DNA of 64,000 nt from Microcella sp. (GTDB lineage: Bacteria > Actinomycetota > Actinomycetes > Actinomycetales > Microbacteriaceae), in assembly GCF_025808395.1 (NCBI RefSeq), contig NZ_CP075524.1:2287990-2351989 (forward strand), read 5' to 3'. This document shows, piece after piece, positions 50,494 through 61,147 of the stretch (position 1 is its first letter; the number at the start of each line of letters is the position of its first letter). Below the pieces are notes generated by a model. That model was not told where the DNA came from, searched no databases, and saw only the letters and a list, made by a program, of their open reading frames with translations. Made by a program: the position numbers and the translations under genes.

Positions 50494-51543
50494 ATGTCAA
50501 GCGGAGTGGTCGGAATCGACATCGGCAGCTCTCTGTTGCGCGCAGTCGAGATTGATGATGCATCAAAGGAACGGCCTACCGTATTGAGGGCACACGAGGT
50601 TCCGCTACCCGAGGGTTCGGTCAAACGCGGTGAGGTGCTTGAAGTCCACACAGTAGCTTCTGCCTTCAAGCGATTGTGGGCCGCGGGAGGCTTTCGATCG
50701 AAGAATGTCGCGCTGGGTATCGGTGGGCAGAGCGTCATTGTGCGCGATCTTGCTGTGCCCCGCATGCCTTTGCCCCAGATTCGAGAGTCGCTTCCTTTTC
50801 AAGTTCAAGACCTATTGCCCGTGCCGGTCAACGATGCGGTTCTCGACTACTACCCGATCTCGGAGGGCCAGGCAGAGTCGGGGCCAATCGTCAACGGTCT
50901 GCTCATCGCTGCGTTCAAGCAAGCGGTGAGTTCCAACGTCACTGCGGCGACGATGGCCGGGCTCACTCCCATCAGCATGGATCTCTTGCCGTTCGCCATG
51001 ACGCGAATGCACAGCTTGTCGTCGCCGACCAACGGATTCGCCGTGCACATGAGTATCGGAGCGAACACCACTTCCATTGTCATTGCACAGGGGGCCGTTC
51101 CTCTGTTCGTGCGAATCGTTCCTGCGGGAGGCGACGATGCAACACGTTCACTCATGACGCGTTTGAATGTGCCGCGGGAGAAAGCGGAGGCCCTCAAGCG
51201 CGAATTGGGCCTGACCTCCCCCGGCGCGACTGACGAAGAGCGTCGCGCCGTCGAGGTCATCCACGAATCGACCAGCGAACTCCTGACTGCGGTTCGCAAC
51301 ACCCTGGCCTATTTCGCGGGGGTGAGAAGCGGCGTAACGTTCGAGCACCTCTCCGTTGCGGGAGGGGCTACCCGCATGAAGGGATTCGCTAATGCACTTG
51401 CAGAATCGACACGGATATCTGTGGTGCCGGTGAACCCACTGGCCGGTGTGACCGTCAGTCGTGCTCTCCGCGGAAAGACGAATGACGAACGAATCCAAGA
51501 GTGGATCACCGCGATCGGTCTCGCCATGGGAAGTGCATCGTGA
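50494..51543 (+). CDS. pilM: type IV pilus assembly protein PilM (actin-like ATPase fold)
   Basis: 349 aa with the N-terminus VVGIDIGSSLLRAVEI (actin-fold phosphate-1 motif). The position and size fit PilM. Confidence 0.8.
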   Translation: MSSGVVGIDIGSSLLRAVEIDDASKERPTVLRAHEVPLPEGSVKRGEVLEVHTVASAFKRLWAAGGFRSKNVALGIGGQSVIVRDLAVPRMPLPQIRESLPFQVQDLLPVPVNDAVLDYYPISEGQAESGPIVNGLLIAAFKQAVSSNVTAATMAGLTPISMDLLPFAMTRMHSLSSPTNGFAVHMSIGANTTSIVIAQGAVPLFVRIVPAGGDDATRSLMTRLNVPREKAEALKRELGLTSPGATDEERRAVEVIHESTSELLTAVRNTLAYFAGVRSGVTFEHLSVAGGATRMKGFANALAESTRISVVPVNPLAGVTVSRALRGKTNDERIQEWITAIGLAMGSAS

Positions 51544-52211
51544 GTCGGCGTGACGCGCGGGAGACGACCTCCATCATCTTGGGAGCCGCCCCACGAGCAC
51601 GCCTCATGCCGCCAGAGGTTGCTCTGCGTCGCAAAGAAACGGGGCGCAGGCGAGGCCTCATCGCGGTCATGGTTCTGGTTGTTTCGCTCGTTGCTGGAGG
51701 CGTTGCAGCCGCCTTCTGGTATGCGGGACAGGCTGAGGCGCGCCTTGCAGCTGAACGCCAGGTTACGGACGAGCTGCTCACTACTCAATTGCAGTACGCC
51801 GAAGTAATTCAGGTTCGTTCGCAGCTCGACAGCATCAAGGGAGTTCGAGATCGATTGGGTGCGACGGAAGTGTTGTGGCGCGACGTAGTGACTCAATACT
51901 TGGCAGTGCTGAACGCAGAAGAGATTCTCGAGGCTGCCTCGATCACAGGCATTGACCCCAACGGGCCTGCGCTGGGGCTCGCAGACCCATTGAGGAGCCC
52001 CCGAGCCGCGACGATTATCATGACGGTGGCGACAGTCGATCTACCGACACCTCACCAATGGCTGCGGTCGTGGAAGCTCTTGGACACGTTTGCGGATGCC
52101 AGCATTGACTCCATCCTCGAGGAGGACGGTTGGTATCTCAGCACTGTGACGATCAACTTGGACAGCACCGCGCTCTCAGGACGGACCAGTGAGTCGGAGG
52201 TCGAACAATGA
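51540..52211 (+). CDS. pilN: type IV pilus assembly protein PilN-like
   Basis: GTG 51540 overlaps the pilM stop (GTGA). The N-terminal RLMPPEV resembles the PilM-binding (I/V)NLLP motif. It has a single TM helix followed by a coiled coil. 223 aa. Confidence 0.65.
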   Translation: MSRRDARETTSIILGAAPRARLMPPEVALRRKETGRRRGLIAVMVLVVSLVAGGVAAAFWYAGQAEARLAAERQVTDELLTTQLQYAEVIQVRSQLDSIKGVRDRLGATEVLWRDVVTQYLAVLNAEEILEAASITGIDPNGPALGLADPLRSPRAATIIMTVATVDLPTPHQWLRSWKLLDTFADASIDSILEEDGWYLSTVTINLDSTALSGRTSESEVEQ

Positions 52212-52894
52212 CGACTGCATCCACGAGGATCTGGACCTTCGCGACCGTCATCGTTGTCATCGTCGTCATCGCGCTCGGGTGGTTTCTCGGGGTCTCCCCC
52301 AAGCTCGCTGAGGCTGCGAGACTCGATGCCGAGCGCGCGGCGATCGAGTTGCAGAACGAGGCCACCCGAGTGGTCAATGCGCAACTCGAGCAAGACTTCC
52401 GTTCGATCAATAGCCTGCGAACCCAGATCGATGAACTCAGGGATCGTTTTCCCTCCGCCGTCGAATATGACAACGCCATCGAAGAGCTTCTGGCGGGCAT
52501 CGTTGGTGAGTCGCTGTCGTTGCAGAGTGTTGTTTTGGCGGCGCCAGTGGCTGACAGTCCTGATGCGATTGTCGATGAAAATGGACAGGTTGCCGCTGGC
52601 ACTCTCGTGCGTGTACCAATCACCATCACGGTGAAGGGGGACTTCAACCGGGCGTTGGGACTTATCAACAGAATGCAGTTGTCAGAACGCTTTGGCATCG
52701 TCGTTACCGCCGACTATGTCGATGGTCGGGATGAGGAAGAACGCACGACTGTCATCAACCTCGTGATATTCGTGGTTACCGACTCACCTGTGTCACTTCG
52801 TGATGGCAATGATCCGAGCGAGAGTGACGGTGAACCTGTCCCGAGCCCGAGTGCGTCACCCACCGCGGAACCTGACGACGAAACCGATCAGTAG
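52208..52894 (+). CDS. pilO: type IV pilus assembly protein PilO-like
   Basis: It has an ATGA overlap with pilN. It has a single N-terminal TM helix (IWTFATVIVVIVVIALGWFLGV), a coiled coil, then a small alpha/beta domain and an acidic Pro-rich tail. The call rests on topology and position. Confidence 0.6.
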   Translation: MTTASTRIWTFATVIVVIVVIALGWFLGVSPKLAEAARLDAERAAIELQNEATRVVNAQLEQDFRSINSLRTQIDELRDRFPSAVEYDNAIEELLAGIVGESLSLQSVVLAAPVADSPDAIVDENGQVAAGTLVRVPITITVKGDFNRALGLINRMQLSERFGIVVTADYVDGRDEEERTTVINLVIFVVTDSPVSLRDGNDPSESDGEPVPSPSASPTAEPDDETDQ

Positions 52895-52987
52895 GCGCGA
52901 TGAAGCTACGCTTCGCAGTCTGAATCTCTTCGGCCACCTCGCCTTGGTAGGGTGACGCGTTCGGATGTCTCAGTGAGAGGACGCGTC

Positions 52988-53806
52988 ATGGCTACGAAGC
53001 CCGCACCAGAGCCCGCAGAAGAACCGACGGACAACGAGACCCCGGCGGCGCCAGACTCGACCGCGCCGAGCGCGACGGCAGAGCAGCCCGTCGTCGAGCC
53101 GGCGCCCGCCGAGCCCGCACCGGCGGCCGATGCCGCTGAAACTGCTCCGGCAGCGCCCGCGGACGCCCCCGCGACGCCCACGTCGACCGAGGCGACAGCC
53201 CCAGTCGCCCCCGAGCAGCCCGCCGTCGTCTTCGTCACGGCGCCGCAGCCGCCGAAGAAGCGCGGCGCGCGCGGGGTCGGAGCCCTCGTCGTCGTGCTGA
53301 GCACCGTGCTCTTCGCCGCCGTCTATGCGGTGCTCGTGTTCATCATCGCTCTGCTGAGCGGCGTCAGTGGCGTCATCCAAGCCGCTCAATTCGTCTCATC
53401 GGTCAACTTCTACGTTCCGGTGATCGTGTTCTTCTTCGCGCATCTGCTGCTCGTGATCATCGTCAACCGGGGCGGCTGGTGGGCGCATGTGCTCGGCGGG
53501 TTCTTCGTCGCACTCGTGGTCTGGATCGGATTCGTCGGCGCCGCCCTCATCTCGGCCGGCGCCGTCGGTGCCGCGTCGAGCGTGGTCTCTGCCATCGTGC
53601 TGCAGCAGCTCACGAACCCGCTCGGCTTCGCCGCGGCGATCGCGGCGCGCGAGGTTCCGATCTGGGTCGGCGGCATCGTCTCGAAGCGCGGACGCACCGC
53701 TCGCGCGCGCAACGTCGAAGCTCACGCCGCCTACGAGCGCGAATTGGCCGAGCACCGTGCCACCGTCTCGAGCGCACCCAGCACGAGCACGAGAACTGCC
53801 GTTTGA
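52988..53806 (+). CDS. hypothetical polytopic membrane protein with a Pro/Ala/Glu-rich N-terminus
   Basis: ORF 52952..53806 trimmed to ATG 52988, with GAGAGGA upstream. It has ~100 aa of low complexity, then about 4 TM helices. GC returns to the backbone level here. Confidence 0.5.
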   Translation: MATKPAPEPAEEPTDNETPAAPDSTAPSATAEQPVVEPAPAEPAPAADAAETAPAAPADAPATPTSTEATAPVAPEQPAVVFVTAPQPPKKRGARGVGALVVVLSTVLFAAVYAVLVFIIALLSGVSGVIQAAQFVSSVNFYVPVIVFFFAHLLLVIIVNRGGWWAHVLGGFFVALVVWIGFVGAALISAGAVGAASSVVSAIVLQQLTNPLGFAAAIAAREVPIWVGGIVSKRGRTARARNVEAHAAYERELAEHRATVSSAPSTSTRTAV

Positions 53807-54093
53807 CCGCGAGCGCACCCGCACTCTATTCTTGACTTCGTGTGTGCTTCGGCGCGCGCTTGTGCCGTGCCGTGAAAACGGCCCGGTCGAGTTCGCGAAG
53901 GGCGCACGCAGAGGGTCACTGGATGCTCGTCCGCTTCGGCTGGCGGCCCCACACCCCCACGGCATATCTGTCACCGGTTGAGCCTGCTCGACTGATCCGT
54001 CAGATTTCGCGTGAGCCCGAGAGCGATTGAACTCGCACTCGGGGACATCCAACCGCAATCGCTGTCACCGTGCAGCACAGTCAAGGAGCAGTT

Positions 54094-54468
54094 TTGCCCA
54101 CTATTCAACAGCTGGTCCGCAAGGGCCGCTCGCCGAAGGTCTCGAAGACCAAGGCGCCGGCCCTCAAGGCCAACCCGCAGCAGCGCGGCGTCTGCACGCG
54201 CGTCTACACGACCACTCCGAAGAAGCCCAACTCGGCTCTGCGCAAGGTGGCCCGTGTCAAGCTCAGCAACGGCACCGAGGTCACCGCCTACATTCCCGGT
54301 GAGGGCCACAACCTGCAAGAGCACTCGATGGTGCTCGTGCGCGGCGGTCGTGTGAAAGACCTGCCCGGCGTGCGCTACAAGATCGTGCGCGGTGCGCTCG
54401 ACACCCAGGCGGTCAAGAACCGGAAGCAAGCGCGCAGCCGCTACGGAGCGAAGATGGACAAGAAGTAA
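54094..54468 (+). CDS. rpsL: 30S ribosomal protein S12
   Basis: TTG 54094 lies 5 nt after AAGGAG and gives (M)[11 protein letters not shown].... The sequence contains [34 protein letters not shown]. 124 aa. Confidence 0.95.
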   Translation: MPTIQQLVRKGRSPKVSKTKAPALKANPQQRGVCTRVYTTTPKKPNSALRKVARVKLSNGTEVTAYIPGEGHNLQEHSMVLVRGGRVKDLPGVRYKIVRGALDTQAVKNRKQARSRYGAKMDKK

Positions 54469-54938
54469 TGCCACGTAAAGGCCCCGCACCCAAGCGCCCC
54501 GTCGTCGCAGACCCCGTCTACGGCGCTCCGATCGTCAGCCAGCTCGTCAACAAGATTCTTCTCGACGGCAAGAAGGGCCTCGCCGAGCGCATCGTCTACG
54601 GTGCCCTCGAAGGCGTGTCGGCCAAGAACGGTCAAGACGCTGTCGCGACCCTGAAGAAGGCCCTCGACAACGTGCGCCCCACCCTCGAGGTGCGGTCGCG
54701 TCGCGTCGGCGGCTCGACCTACCAGGTGCCCGTCGAGGTCAAGCCGCACCGCGCGAACACGCTCGCGCTGCGCTGGTTGACCAGCTACGCCAAGGCGCGT
54801 CGCGAGAAGACGATGACCGAGCGGCTCATGAACGAGATTCTCGACGCCTCGAACGGCCTCGGTGCCGCGGTCAAGCGTCGTGAAGACACTCACAAGATGG
54901 CCGAGTCGAACAAGGCCTTCGCGCACTACCGCTGGTAA
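54468..54938 (+). CDS. rpsG: 30S ribosomal protein S7
   Basis: [19 protein letters not shown].... It has a 1-nt TAATG overlap with rpsL. 156 aa. Confidence 0.95.
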   Translation: MPRKGPAPKRPVVADPVYGAPIVSQLVNKILLDGKKGLAERIVYGALEGVSAKNGQDAVATLKKALDNVRPTLEVRSRRVGGSTYQVPVEVKPHRANTLALRWLTSYAKARREKTMTERLMNEILDASNGLGAAVKRREDTHKMAESNKAFAHYRW

Positions 54939-55023
54939 CGACCAGCCTGCGGGCAGGGGCTGAGGGCCCCGGTCATCACCCCTGCTCGCACCCGCAACTT
55001 TTATCGAACCGGAGGAACCCCCC

Positions 55024-57138
55024 GTGGCACAGGACGTGCTCACCGACCTGAACAAGGTCCGCAACATCGGCATCATGGCGCACATCGACGCCGGCAAGAC
55101 CACCACGACCGAGCGCATCCTGTTCTACACAGGCATCACGCACAAGATCGGCGAGGTGCACGACGGCGCCGCGACCATGGACTGGATGGCGCAAGAGCAA
55201 GAGCGCGGCATCACGATCACGTCGGCAGCCACGACCTGCTTCTGGAACAAGCACCAGATCAACATCATCGACACCCCCGGCCACGTCGACTTCACGGTCG
55301 AGGTCGAGCGCTCGCTGCGCGTGCTCGACGGCGCCGTCGCGGTCTTCGACGGCAAGGAGGGCGTCGAGCCCCAGTCTGAGACGGTCTGGCGTCAAGCCGA
55401 CAAGTACGACGTTCCGCGCATCTGCTTCGTCAACAAGATGGACAAGCTCGGTGCCGACTTCTACTTCACGGTCGACACGATCATCAAGCGACTCGGTGCG
55501 AAGCCTCTCGTCATCCAGCTTCCGATCGGTTTCGAGAACACCTTCGAGGGTGTCGTCGACCTCGTCGAGATGCGCGCCCTCACGTGGCGCGGCGACTCGA
55601 AGGGTGACGTCGAGATGGGCGCCAAGTACGAGATCGAAGAGATTCCTGCCGACCTCGTCGACAAGGCGGCTGAATACCGTCAGGCGCTGCTCGAGACCGT
55701 CGCAGAGTCAGACGATGTGCTGCTCGAGAAGTTCTTCGGGGGCGAAGAGCTCACCGTCGCCGAGATCAAGGGCGCCATCCGCAAGATGACGGTGGCCTCT
55801 GAGATCTACCCGGTGCTGTGCGGCTCTGCGTTCAAGAACCGGGGCGTTCAGCCGATGCTCGACGCGGTCGTCGACTACCTGCCGAGCCCGCTCGATGTTC
55901 CTGACACGATCGCTCACGACCCGCGTGACGAAGAGAAAGAGATCGTGCGCAAGGCCAACTCGACCGATCCGTTCTCGGCGCTCGCGTTCAAGGTCGCTGT
56001 GCACCCGTTCTTCGGCCGCCTCACCTACGTGCGCGTCTATTCGGGCGCCATCGAGTCTGGCGCCCAGGTCATCAACTCGACCAAGGGCAAGAAAGAGCGC
56101 ATCGGCAAGATCTTCCAGATGCACGCCAACAAAGAGAACCCGGTCGACTCTGTCACGGCTGGCCACATCTACGCGGTTATCGGTCTGAAAGACACGACGA
56201 CGGGTGACACCCTCGCCGACCCGAACGCCCCCGTGGTGCTCGAGTCGATGACGTTCCCCGAGCCCGTGATCGAGGTCGCGATCGAGCCGAAGACCAAGGC
56301 CGACCAGGAGAAGCTCGGCACGGCCATCCAGAAGCTCGCCGAAGAAGACCCCACGTTCCGCACCGAGCAGAACCAAGAGACGGGTCAGACCGTCATCAAG
56401 GGCATGGGCGAGCTGCACCTCGACATTCTGGTCGACCGCATGAAGCGCGAGTTCAACGTCGAGGCCAACGTCGGCAAGCCGCAGGTGGCCTACCGCGAGA
56501 CGATCAAGCGCACGATCGAGAAGTACGACTACACCCACAAGAAGCAGACCGGTGGGTCGGGTCAGTTCGCGAAGATCCAGATCATGCTCGAGCCGCTCGA
56601 GGTGACGCCCGAGACGAGCTACGAGTTCGTCAACTCGGTGACGGGTGGGCGGGTTCCGCGCGAGTACATCCCCTCGGTCGACGCGGGCATTCAAGACGCG
56701 ATGCAGGTCGGCGTGCTCGCCGGCTTCCCGACGGTCGGCGTCAAGGCGACGCTGCTCGATGGTGCATCACACGACGTCGACTCTTCGGAGATGGCGTTCA
56801 AGATCGCCGGATCGATGGCCTTCAAAGAGGCCGCTCGCAAGGCGAACCCCGTGCTTCTCGAGCCGCTCATGGCGGTCGAGGTGCGCACCCCCGAAGAGTA
56901 CATGGGCGACGTCATCGGCGACCTGAACTCTCGTCGTGGTCAGATCCAGTCGATGGAAGACGCGACGGGTGTCAAGGTCGTCCGCGCCCTCGTGCCGCTG
57001 TCAGAAATGTTCGGATACGTCGGAGACCTCCGGTCGAAGACCTCCGGGCGCGCCGTCTACTCGATGACGTTCGACAGCTACGCGGAGGTCCCGAAGGCCG
57101 TCGCCGACGAGATCGTCCAGAAGAACAAGGGCGAGTAA
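55024..57138 (+). CDS. fusA: elongation factor G
   Basis: 704 aa with the G1 motif [12 protein letters not shown] and DTPGHVDF. Confidence 0.97.
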   Translation: MAQDVLTDLNKVRNIGIMAHIDAGKTTTTERILFYTGITHKIGEVHDGAATMDWMAQEQERGITITSAATTCFWNKHQINIIDTPGHVDFTVEVERSLRVLDGAVAVFDGKEGVEPQSETVWRQADKYDVPRICFVNKMDKLGADFYFTVDTIIKRLGAKPLVIQLPIGFENTFEGVVDLVEMRALTWRGDSKGDVEMGAKYEIEEIPADLVDKAAEYRQALLETVAESDDVLLEKFFGGEELTVAEIKGAIRKMTVASEIYPVLCGSAFKNRGVQPMLDAVVDYLPSPLDVPDTIAHDPRDEEKEIVRKANSTDPFSALAFKVAVHPFFGRLTYVRVYSGAIESGAQVINSTKGKKERIGKIFQMHANKENPVDSVTAGHIYAVIGLKDTTTGDTLADPNAPVVLESMTFPEPVIEVAIEPKTKADQEKLGTAIQKLAEEDPTFRTEQNQETGQTVIKGMGELHLDILVDRMKREFNVEANVGKPQVAYRETIKRTIEKYDYTHKKQTGGSGQFAKIQIMLEPLEVTPETSYEFVNSVTGGRVPREYIPSVDAGIQDAMQVGVLAGFPTVGVKATLLDGASHDVDSSEMAFKIAGSMAFKEAARKANPVLLEPLMAVEVRTPEEYMGDVIGDLNSRRGQIQSMEDATGVKVVRALVPLSEMFGYVGDLRSKTSGRAVYSMTFDSYAEVPKAVADEIVQKNKGE

Positions 57139-57246
57139 TCGCCCGACCTGCGAGGGCTCGCCGAGCCTGAGTACGATACATACACACCAAATCGCGCGGC
57201 TTCTGAAACACGGATGCTGGGCAACAAGTCCTGAGGAGGACCCACA

Positions 57247-58440
<1,194 letters not shown>

Positions 58441-58461
58441 TCCTTCTGCGTCACTCCGTGA

Positions 58462-58492
58462 GCGGGGGTCGGGCATTGCGCCCGGCCCCCGC
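58462..58492 (+). terminator. intrinsic terminator after tuf
   Basis: GCGGGGGTCGGGC-attgc-GCCCGGCCCCCGC forms a 13-bp stem with one G-U pair, followed by the T-rich TTCGTCGTTCTC. Confidence 0.6.
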
Positions 58493-58575
58493 TTCGTCGT
58501 TCTCGGCGCCCTGTTGCAGGCGGCCCCGACGGCAGTACGCTCGTCGCACGGGCAAGAGGCAGAGCGGAGTAGGCG

Positions 58576-59028
58576 ATGCGCGTCGTGCGCGAGGTGCTGG
58601 TGCTGGTCGGGTCGACCGTGCTCGTCTTCGCCGTGCTCGTGCTGCTGGTCTACAACGCTCTCGCGGGGCTCGACGTCGCTGAGCTGGTCACCGTGGTGCC
58701 CCAGTTCGTCTTGGGTTTCGCCGGCGCCGCCATCGCCACGTGGGCGCTGCTGGTGACTCTCGCCGCCATCCTGCTTCGCAACCGCGGCTCATGGTGGCGC
58801 ATCGGCGCCCACGTTCTCTCTGCTGGCATCGCCGGCATCGTCAACATTCCGATCGTGGTCGCCCTCGGTGATGCGGCGGATGCACAAGGCGGGTTCGTCG
58901 GAGCCCTCGGCCTGCTCGGCTCGGCCCTCTTCGTGCCGCTCGCCATGCTCGCGACACCGATCGTCGTGCTGCTGCTCGACCGCGGTCGCGCGACGGCCCC
59001 ACCTCAGCACACTCCGCCATCGCCCTGA
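58576..59028 (+). CDS. hypothetical polytopic membrane protein
   Basis: 150 aa with about four hydrophobic helices. No family recognised. Confidence 0.45.
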   Translation: MRVVREVLVLVGSTVLVFAVLVLLVYNALAGLDVAELVTVVPQFVLGFAGAAIATWALLVTLAAILLRNRGSWWRIGAHVLSAGIAGIVNIPIVVALGDAADAQGGFVGALGLLGSALFVPLAMLATPIVVLLLDRGRATAPPQHTPPSP

Positions 59029-59218
59029 CGCCAGGGTCGCACCTTCTGGGCGCCAGTGTTCCCGTTGCGCGCGAGCGTGCTCCCTCGGGCCAGAGACTGT
59101 CGCGCGCGAAGGGCACAATCGATGGGCGCTTCGTCCACGAGAGGGCTCTGCGGCGGTGCTCTCCACCGAAGAGGCCGGCATTGCAGGCGTCCGAGCTGCG
59201 TAGGCGAGCATCCGGAGC

Positions 59219-60169
59219 ATGGATGCTCTGCGCACACCACTCGTCACTCCCGACCCTCGCTCGCGAGGGTGGGGAGTCGAACCGCGCCTCGATGCGCGGG
59301 CACGAGCCGGCGAGCTCGTGCGCGTGCGCCGTGCTGTCTACGTGCCCGCGCATGAGTGGGTGCCCGACGATCGTGTGGCGGTCGCGACGCTCGGGGCGCG
59401 CGCCGCGCAGGCGAGAGCATCCGTTCCGCTCGTGTTCTCGCATGCGACAGCGGCGCTGATTCTCGGGCTGCCGGTCGTCGGAGCGCACGACCGCTCGCTG
59501 CACGTCACCAACCTCACGGCAGCGGCGCGACGCACGCGACACGGCATCGTCTGGCATTCGACCTCTCGGCCTGAGGCCATCGAGGTTCAGACGCAGGGCG
59601 ACCTGACCGTGACGACACCGCGCCAGACTGCGCTCGATCTTGCACGGTCAGCGAGCGCAGTGACGGCGTTCATCGTCGCGGATGCGGTGGCGCACCGCTC
59701 TGGCAACCCGGCGGAGGTGCGCGAGTGGTGGGTTCAGCGTCTGGGCGAGCTCGGGCCAGCTCGCGGAACCCGACGAGCAGCGAGCGTGCTGGGGCTGGTG
59801 ACGGGACTTGCCGAGTCGCCGCTTGAGTCGCTCAGTCTGCTGCGGATGCATGAACTCGGGTTTCACCTGCCCGAGCAGCAGATCGACGTGCTGACCCGTC
59901 GAGGCCTCTTCAGGCTCGACTTCGGGTGGGAGGGCGGCGCGATAGCCGGTGAGGCGGATGGGCGATCGAAGTACGGCGGCATCGAGTCTGCGGCGCAGAT
60001 GGAGCAGCGACTGTGGGAGGAGAAGCTTCGGCACGACGCGGTGCGCGAGAAGGCGCGGGCTTACCCACGGTGGACGTGGGACGATGCCTGGCTCGGCTCT
60101 GGGCCTGAGCGCGCGCTACTCGAAGCGGGGGTTCCTCGGCCGCACAAGCCTGTGCGACTTTCGTACTGA
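59219..60169 (+). CDS. hypothetical protein, AbiEi-like N-terminal wHTH plus DUF559/Vsr-like endonuclease-fold C-terminus
   Basis: 316 aa. The C-terminal FRLDFGWEGGAIAGEADGRSKY resembles the D...ExDG..(K/H) core of the DUF559-type proteins that are common paralogs in actinobacteria. From memory only. Confidence 0.4.
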   Translation: MDALRTPLVTPDPRSRGWGVEPRLDARARAGELVRVRRAVYVPAHEWVPDDRVAVATLGARAAQARASVPLVFSHATAALILGLPVVGAHDRSLHVTNLTAAARRTRHGIVWHSTSRPEAIEVQTQGDLTVTTPRQTALDLARSASAVTAFIVADAVAHRSGNPAEVREWWVQRLGELGPARGTRRAASVLGLVTGLAESPLESLSLLRMHELGFHLPEQQIDVLTRRGLFRLDFGWEGGAIAGEADGRSKYGGIESAAQMEQRLWEEKLRHDAVREKARAYPRWTWDDAWLGSGPERALLEAGVPRPHKPVRLSY

Positions 60170-60325
60170 CGGGGTTTCGCCGCGAACCCGGGCGGGCGCG
60201 GCGGCGAGTGTGCACGCTACGCGCAACTGTGCACGTTCCGGAGGGGCACACTCGTGCGCAGCAGGCACACTCGCGGGGAGGATGCCGCGGGGTGCGGCGC
60301 GGGGCCGCGCCGCAACGCGCCGCGC

Positions 60326-61099
60326 CTACGAGCGACCCTGCAGGCGCGCGCTGAGCGCGGCCGCGGCGTCGCGCACGGCGTCGGTGAGGGCATCCACGTC
60401 GGAGGGCGCGACCGCTTCGGCGCGGTAGGTGACGCCGAGCGCGGCGGCGGGGTAGCCCGTGCGGTCGATGCCCGTCGCGGCGACGGAGGCGTAGCCAGCG
60501 GTGATCTCGCCGTCTTCGGTGGCGACTCCGTGCTCGCGCGACACTGCGAGGATGCGGTCGAGCTCGGGCAGCGTGCGCGGGCCGACGCCGCGGCGGGTGA
60601 TGAGCGAGTCGCGGTGGGGGAAGAGCGCCCGAACTTGCGGCTGCGGCAGCGCCGCGAGCATCGCGCGGCCGGTCGCCGTGAGGTGCGCGGGCAGGCGCAC
60701 GCCGACGCGCACGACAGTGGTCGGTGCGCGCGGCGCTGACGCCTGAGCGACATACGACACGTCGCCGCCGGCGAGCACGGCGAGCTGCGCGACGACGGGC
60801 ACGGGGGCGGCTCGCACCAGCCGGTCGAGCAGGGGGGTGCCGAGGCGTGCGAGCCGGCTCGCGCTGAGCACTGAGCCGCCGATCTCGGCGACGAGGGCAC
60901 CCAGGCCGTAGGCGCGCGCCTCGGGGTAGTGCACGACGTAGCCTTCGTCTTGCAGCACGCGCAGCAGCTGGTAGATGCTCGACCGCGGCAGATCCAGCTC
61001 GCGCGCGAGGGTCGAGGCGGGCACGGGGTCGCTGTGGTGCGCGAGGTGCGTGACGATGCGCAGGGCGGCGCGGGCGGCGGGAACATCGGGCACGAGCAT
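60326..61099 (-). CDS. IclR family transcriptional regulator (candidate hut regulator)
   Basis: 257 aa with the N-terminal wHTH ASTLARELDLPRSSIYQLLRVLQDEGYV and a C-terminal IclR effector domain. It is divergent from hutH. Confidence 0.8.
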   Translation of the reverse strand: MLVPDVPAARAALRIVTHLAHHSDPVPASTLARELDLPRSSIYQLLRVLQDEGYVVHYPEARAYGLGALVAEIGGSVLSASRLARLGTPLLDRLVRAAPVPVVAQLAVLAGGDVSYVAQASAPRAPTTVVRVGVRLPAHLTATGRAMLAALPQPQVRALFPHRDSLITRRGVGPRTLPELDRILAVSREHGVATEDGEITAGYASVAATGIDRTGYPAAALGVTYRAEAVAPSDVDALTDAVRDAAAALSARLQGRS

Positions 61100-61109
61100 C
61101 CACCACCTT

Positions 61110-61147
61110 TGTCTGATATCTCAGACAGATTATCGTGCGCGCACGAT
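61110..61147. promoter_or_regulatory. two palindromes in the 81-bp iclR/hutH divergent intergenic region (candidate operators)
   Basis: TGTCTGA-tatc-TCAGACA (61110-61127) has 7-bp arms. ATCGTGCGCGCACGAT (61132-61147) is a perfect 16-bp palindrome. Confidence 0.35.

Noticed and set aside
41881-52894. Possibility that the pilus locus is a Tad/Flp system, the usual actinobacterial type
   Set aside because: The pilins are 115-545 aa with G|FxxxE signals rather than ~50-aa Flp. A PilT-type retraction ATPase and PilMNO are present. No TadZ, RcpC or TadE/F-like genes were seen.
53978-54006. Possible rpsL promoter TTGAGC-N17-CAGATT
   Set aside because: The match is weak (poor -10) and several equally weak alternatives exist in the 287-nt leader. 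It is not reported as a feature.
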